A DNA stretch of 64,000 bases from Desulfuromonadales bacterium (GTDB lineage Bacteria > Desulfobacterota > Desulfuromonadia > Desulfuromonadales > JAHYIW01). Shown piece by piece: positions 60,268-64,000 of the stretch; the first letter of the stretch is position 1, and each line of letters starts with the position of its first letter. The position numbers and the translations under genes were made by a program. Where the stretch lies: the NCBI GenBank assembly GCA_029210745.1, contig JARGFI010000011.1:72-64071 (forward strand). The letters are read 5' to 3'. Below the pieces are notes generated by a model. That model was not told the origin of the DNA, searched no databases, and saw nothing but the letters and a program-made list of their open reading frames with translations.

Positions 60268-60599
60268 TGCAGCGTAATCCCCTTTGCAAGGATTTCCCGG
60301 CTAAAGGAACTCTGTGAACTGAGCAGGGCCTGCCATTCGGGCTTACTGAAAACAAGCACGTCCAGTGCAACCCGGCGATTAATGTCAGCGAGCAACTTTT
60401 TGACGGCAACCGTGTCCTGCATTTTTTCCCGGAAACAGCTTGATGTCGTGTCTTTGTCTAAAACCACAATCAGGTCGATATCGCTGTCAATGCTGGCGGT
60501 GCCGTTGGCATGAGAACCAAACAAAATCACTTTGGCCGGGTTGAGAGTCCGGAGACAGTTCCTGATTTCTTCGATCATGGGCTGCCGATTTACCCCCAT
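60264..60599 (-). CDS. Minimal nucleotidyltransferase (MNT) antitoxin
   Basis: ILFGSHANGTASIDSDIDLIVVL fits G-S-x(n)-D-x-D of the NTase fold. Confidence 0.8.
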   Translation of the reverse strand: MGVNRQPMIEEIRNCLRTLNPAKVILFGSHANGTASIDSDIDLIVVLDKDTTSSCFREKMQDTVAVKKLLADINRRVALDVLVFSKPEWQALLSSQSSFSREILAKGITLQ

Positions 60600-60703
60600 G
60601 TCCTATTCTCCTCAGCGGTGATTATGGTGAGCTGGAGGCTAAAAACCTTGATCAACAATCTGCCATTTTGGTGTGTTTGTCAACTAGCAAAAGAACTCCA
60701 ACT

Positions 60704-60780
60704 TTGTGGGAGCGGCTTCCCAGCCGCGAACAGGGTTCCATCAACCACCAAAGGCTTCGCGGCTGAAAGCCGCTCCCACG
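60704..60780. repeat. REP-like repeat, copy C (inverted pair TTTGTGGGAGCGGCTTCCCAGCCGCGAA ... CTTCGCGGCTGAAAGCCGCTCCCAC)
   Basis: Same family as copies A and B. Lies 100 nt 3' of the caspase-FGE fusion gene. Confidence 0.85.
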
Positions 60781-60880
60781 ACAAAAGCAGGGCTCCATCA
60801 GCGATCCGAAGCTCCGGGGCACATCCGGCATCGTCCGGGCGGCTCCGCCTCGCCCTCCCGTGCCTCCTGACGCCCCTGCG

Positions 60881-63505
60881 CTACCGCTCTGACCTGGCGG
60901 GGAAGGCCAGCCGGAAGCCGAGGTTGAAGACACGGTAGCCGGGCGTGTCCCTGAAACGATTCACCGACCGCACGAGGGCCGGCCCGTCGTTCCAGCTGCC
61001 GCCGCGATTCACGCGGTTGGAGCCCTTGGACTGACCTTGCGGGTTGTTGCGCGGGCTCTTGCCATAATAGACACTATCGTACCGATCCTGGCACCACTCC
61101 CACACATTGCCAGACATATCATAAAGACCCAGACCGTTCGGCTGTTTCTGGGCGACCGGATGCGTCTTGCTGCCGGAGTTACCGGAGTACCAGGCAAGAG
61201 AATCCACATCACTGCCACCGCAGTACTTCTCTATCTTCCCTCCACTGCGGCAGGCATACTCCCACTCTGCCTCGGTCGGCAAACGGAACGTCTTGCCGGT
61301 CTGCCGGTTCAACTTGCGGAGGAATTGCTGCACGTCGTTCCAGCTCACCTGCTCCACCGGGTAGTTGTCGCCGTTCTTAAAGTATGACGGGTTACTTCCC
61401 ATCACCTTGCGCCACTGCCCCTGGGTGACTTCAAATTTACCCAACCGGAAGGAATCAACACAGACCTCGTGCACCAGCTGTTCGGCGGAGTCCCCATCCC
61501 CAAACTGGTTCCCCATCGGGTAACAGCCACCGGGAACGAACACGAACTCCATCCCTCCGGTAAGTTGATTCAGGCGTTCCCGTTCCCGTTCCCGTTCCCG
61601 TTCACGTATCCCCCGCGCAGAAAGAAACTCCCCGTCCACCAGAGTCAGCAACAGTTCATCGGTCACATCGTTGGCCAGCGCCACCTGCACCACCTTCCCC
61701 CCCGGCCTGGCCGTGACCTGCGGGCGCACAAAGCCGTTTTGCAGCTGCCCATACCACTCTTTGGCGTCATCACGCCCCAGGCGAATGGTGCCGTTCATCG
61801 CCACCTGCACGGTGGCAGACTTTGATTTGTTTGCGAGCGTGAAAGGGAAAACACCCCGATCAATATCGTAGCGCCCGACGTGCAGCGCGAGGGATGTCGG
61901 GTCGATGGGGTAGTCTTTGTTGGACAGGGTCGCCAGCTCTTGCCGCAAGGGCGCGGTCTGGGCGCGTGACTCCTGGTCGATGCGCTGCCGCAGGGCGGTC
62001 AGTTCACTTAGGCGCTGCGCTTCGAGTTCTTTGCGCCGCTCACGGTAAAACCCGGTGGCGTTCTTTTTGCGCGCGGCAAACTCGGCGGCGGTTTCAAACA
62101 TATCCTGCACCAGCGGCTTGCCTTTGGCGGCTTTTTCCTGGGCCTTGACCTCGGCCAGCAGCGCAGCGTAGCGCGCAACGATGCGTTTTTCGGCGACGGG
62201 CTGTTCTTTGGCAAAGGCGGCTTCGATGCTGTCGATCTCTTGTGCCAGGCGCCGGATCTCGGCAACAGCGGCTTCAATAGTGGCACTCTGAGTCGCCGGA
62301 GCGCGCTGACGTTTGGCTTCGATTTCGGCTTTGAGCGCGGCCAGGCGCTGTTCTTCTTCGCTGCGCCTGGCGGCCAACTCAGCTTCTTGCTGCTGTACTT
62401 TGGCAAGGTGCTGCTGTTGTTCGCGACGTAGTTGCTCCTGCCGTTGGGCTTCGGCGGCAAGTTGCTCCTGCCGCAGTTTTTCGGCTTTAAGTTTTGCCTC
62501 GGCAATCTGCCGCTGGCGTTCGGCCTCACGGCGGGCCACTTCGTTTTGTGATTTTCTGGCGGCGGCTTCCTGACGGGCCAGTTCGGCCATCTCCGCTTCG
62601 AGTTTGGCAACTTCGGCGGCTACATCGGCAACTTTCTGCCGCACATTTGGCACAAAAACAAAATCACCACTGCCGTACAATGTCCCGAACCCCGGCGTTT
62701 GGTTGTGGTTGCGCGCGCGAGCATCCTGATAGACCTTTTCTTTGAGAATCGTCTGAATCTCGTTCGCGGTCACAAAATCCCCCGCCGCCTCCAGCGCCTC
62801 GATCAGGCGTCCGGTAAAGACCGAGTGCCCGTTTGGACCTCCGTCAAGCGCCTCCTGCCCCTTGCTCCCGGCGGTCAGTACCTGGCGGACGCGCTCTTTG
62901 GTGATCTCTCTCAGGTAGCCCAAATCGCGACTGGTCGTGCCATCGAGACTCCGCTTGGTGGCGAGCAACCCGCTGTAACAGGCATCCATCACATAAAAGA
63001 CGTGTTTGGCCGGAAGGGTTTTGGAGATCGTATCGCGAATCTCGGCCATAGTGATATTACGATAAATCGCATCGACGGAACCGTCGTAAGGGATCAGATA
63101 GCCCAGATCGCCATCAACATTCTTTTGTTGATTGCCATGTCCGGCCCAGAAGACGAAGAGCGCGTCTTCATTGCTCATCTTCTTCGGCAGATCGGTGGTC
63201 AGCAGGCGCATAATGCGCTCTTTGGTCGCCTGCTCATCGGTCAGGGTGATGATTTCATCGAACTGGTAGTTGCGCCGCAACACCTCGGCAACCCCCTGGG
63301 CATCGCGTACGGCGTTGCTGAGCTGCTTGTCGGCAGGAAGGTTTTTATACCGGTCGATACCGACAATGACGGCGTAACTTTTATTGTAGAGCCGAACTTC
63401 GCCACTTTCGCCGGTGGCCGGGTCTTTAGCGACGATGCTGATGCCGCGCGTGGCGGCAAGGGAGAGGGAGAAGGAGCAATCAGGACAAGAAGCAGATTGC
63501 GACAC
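60881..63505 (-). CDS. Fusion protein: peptidase C14 (caspase-like) domain - long coiled coil - unknown middle domain - cysteine-less FGE/SUMF1-like domain
   Basis: N-terminus YAVIVGIDRY...FVFWAGHG...FYVMDACYSG (His/Cys dyad). An E/Q/R/A-rich coiled coil of about 130 aa follows. C-terminus has RLPTEAEWEYACRSG, YDMSGNVWEWCQDRYD, RVNRGGSWNDGPALVRSVNR. The track start is GTG 63505; see the finding on ATG 63507. Confidence 0.85.
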   Translation of the reverse strand: MSQSASCPDCSFSLSLAATRGISIVAKDPATGESGEVRLYNKSYAVIVGIDRYKNLPADKQLSNAVRDAQGVAEVLRRNYQFDEIITLTDEQATKERIMRLLTTDLPKKMSNEDALFVFWAGHGNQQKNVDGDLGYLIPYDGSVDAIYRNITMAEIRDTISKTLPAKHVFYVMDACYSGLLATKRSLDGTTSRDLGYLREITKERVRQVLTAGSKGQEALDGGPNGHSVFTGRLIEALEAAGDFVTANEIQTILKEKVYQDARARNHNQTPGFGTLYGSGDFVFVPNVRQKVADVAAEVAKLEAEMAELARQEAAARKSQNEVARREAERQRQIAEAKLKAEKLRQEQLAAEAQRQEQLRREQQQHLAKVQQQEAELAARRSEEEQRLAALKAEIEAKRQRAPATQSATIEAAVAEIRRLAQEIDSIEAAFAKEQPVAEKRIVARYAALLAEVKAQEKAAKGKPLVQDMFETAAEFAARKKNATGFYRERRKELEAQRLSELTALRQRIDQESRAQTAPLRQELATLSNKDYPIDPTSLALHVGRYDIDRGVFPFTLANKSKSATVQVAMNGTIRLGRDDAKEWYGQLQNGFVRPQVTARPGGKVVQVALANDVTDELLLTLVDGEFLSARGIRERERERERERLNQLTGGMEFVFVPGGCYPMGNQFGDGDSAEQLVHEVCVDSFRLGKFEVTQGQWRKVMGSNPSYFKNGDNYPVEQVSWNDVQQFLRKLNRQTGKTFRLPTEAEWEYACRSGGKIEKYCGGSDVDSLAWYSGNSGSKTHPVAQKQPNGLGLYDMSGNVWEWCQDRYDSVYYGKSPRNNPQGQSKGSNRVNRGGSWNDGPALVRSVNRFRDTPGYRVFNLGFRLAFPARSER
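61575..61606 (-). repeat. In-frame hexanucleotide tandem repeat (CGTTCC on the plus strand) encoding (RE)n
   Basis: CGTTCC x4 plus CGTTCA CG on the plus strand translates on the minus strand as RERERERERER, at the linker just before the FGE-like domain. Confidence 0.9.
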
Positions 63506-63795
63506 ATAAGGGCACCTCCAGACTTAATTGCAATCTGCGAAGTTTAGTCGATTTCCATTTTGTGGGCAAGGAAAAGAACTCCACCCAGATCCACCAGCAC
63601 ATTTTTTATAAGGGGGTTCCGACCCGCCTTGAGCGGTCTGTTCGATTAAAATCTGGTTAATTTTGCCGCCAATTTTGTCTTCATGGCTGGTTTTCTTAAA
63701 AAGTGGCTTCCTGATTTCCTTTCTGTGCCCATTTTAGGCGCAATTGACCCTTTGGGGATAGCCTCTTCCTGCCGTTTATGTCGATATCTGCCTGC

Positions 63796-64000
63796 CTAAG
63801 CCATGAGCGGCGGGCCCCCTCGGGCCAAAGTCAATATGCGCTCTCGACTCTGCAACAGTAACGCATAAGCCGGTTGCCTGGGGCTGATGAGGATTTGCAG
63901 CTGACGCGAACGCTCCCGGACTTGGCCTGCCAGATTGATAAGTCCGAATCTGACCGCCTTGAACCGTCTACGCCTCCAGCTTGCGGGTAAAACCAGTCGT
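63796..64000 (-). CDS. 3' end of an unidentified ORF entering from the right edge (function unknown; mobile-element origin only suspected)
   Basis: Manual translation gives ...RLVLPASWRRRRFKAVRFGLINLAGQVRERSRQLQILISPRQPAYALLLQSRERILTLARGGPPLMA* with no internal stop over 67 codons. I could not recognise a family. Confidence 0.3.
   Translation of the reverse strand, partial: RLVLPASWRRRRFKAVRFGLINLAGQVRERSRQLQILISPRQPAYALLLQSRERILTLARGGPPLMA

Overview
High-GC bacterial chromosome segment. Gene content and order (def-fmt-DUF116-htpX-rsmB, an SfrAB-like NADPH oxidoreductase pair, ispDF, glnS, cysS, uvrB/uvrC, a Che-type chemosensory operon) fit a Desulfuromonadales/Geobacter-like deltaproteobacterium; the taxon is inference only. 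About 55 protein genes are supported, mostly housekeeping. I found no rRNA, tRNA or CRISPR array. Accessory content sits at a few places. (i) A HipA-kinase/HTH toxin-antitoxin islet lies at the left edge. (ii) A small AhpD/CMD-family gene has an in-frame UGA at the second position of its CxxC motif and a hairpin just downstream, so it is a probable selenoprotein. (iii) A lower-GC methyltransferase islet follows uvrB. (iv) A HEPN/MNT pair lies near the right end. (v) The best candidate for an uncharacterised system is two loci that combine a peptidase-C14 (caspase-like) domain with a cysteine-less FGE/SUMF1-like domain. One locus is a two-gene exported operon (26893-29625) and the other is a single 874-aa fusion protein (60881-63505). 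Both loci abut the only REP-like 'GTGGGAGCGGC' repeat clusters seen in the window, and each is bracketed by direct repeats. All calls come from reading the sequence and the supplied ORF translations; no database search, HMM or RNA folding was run.
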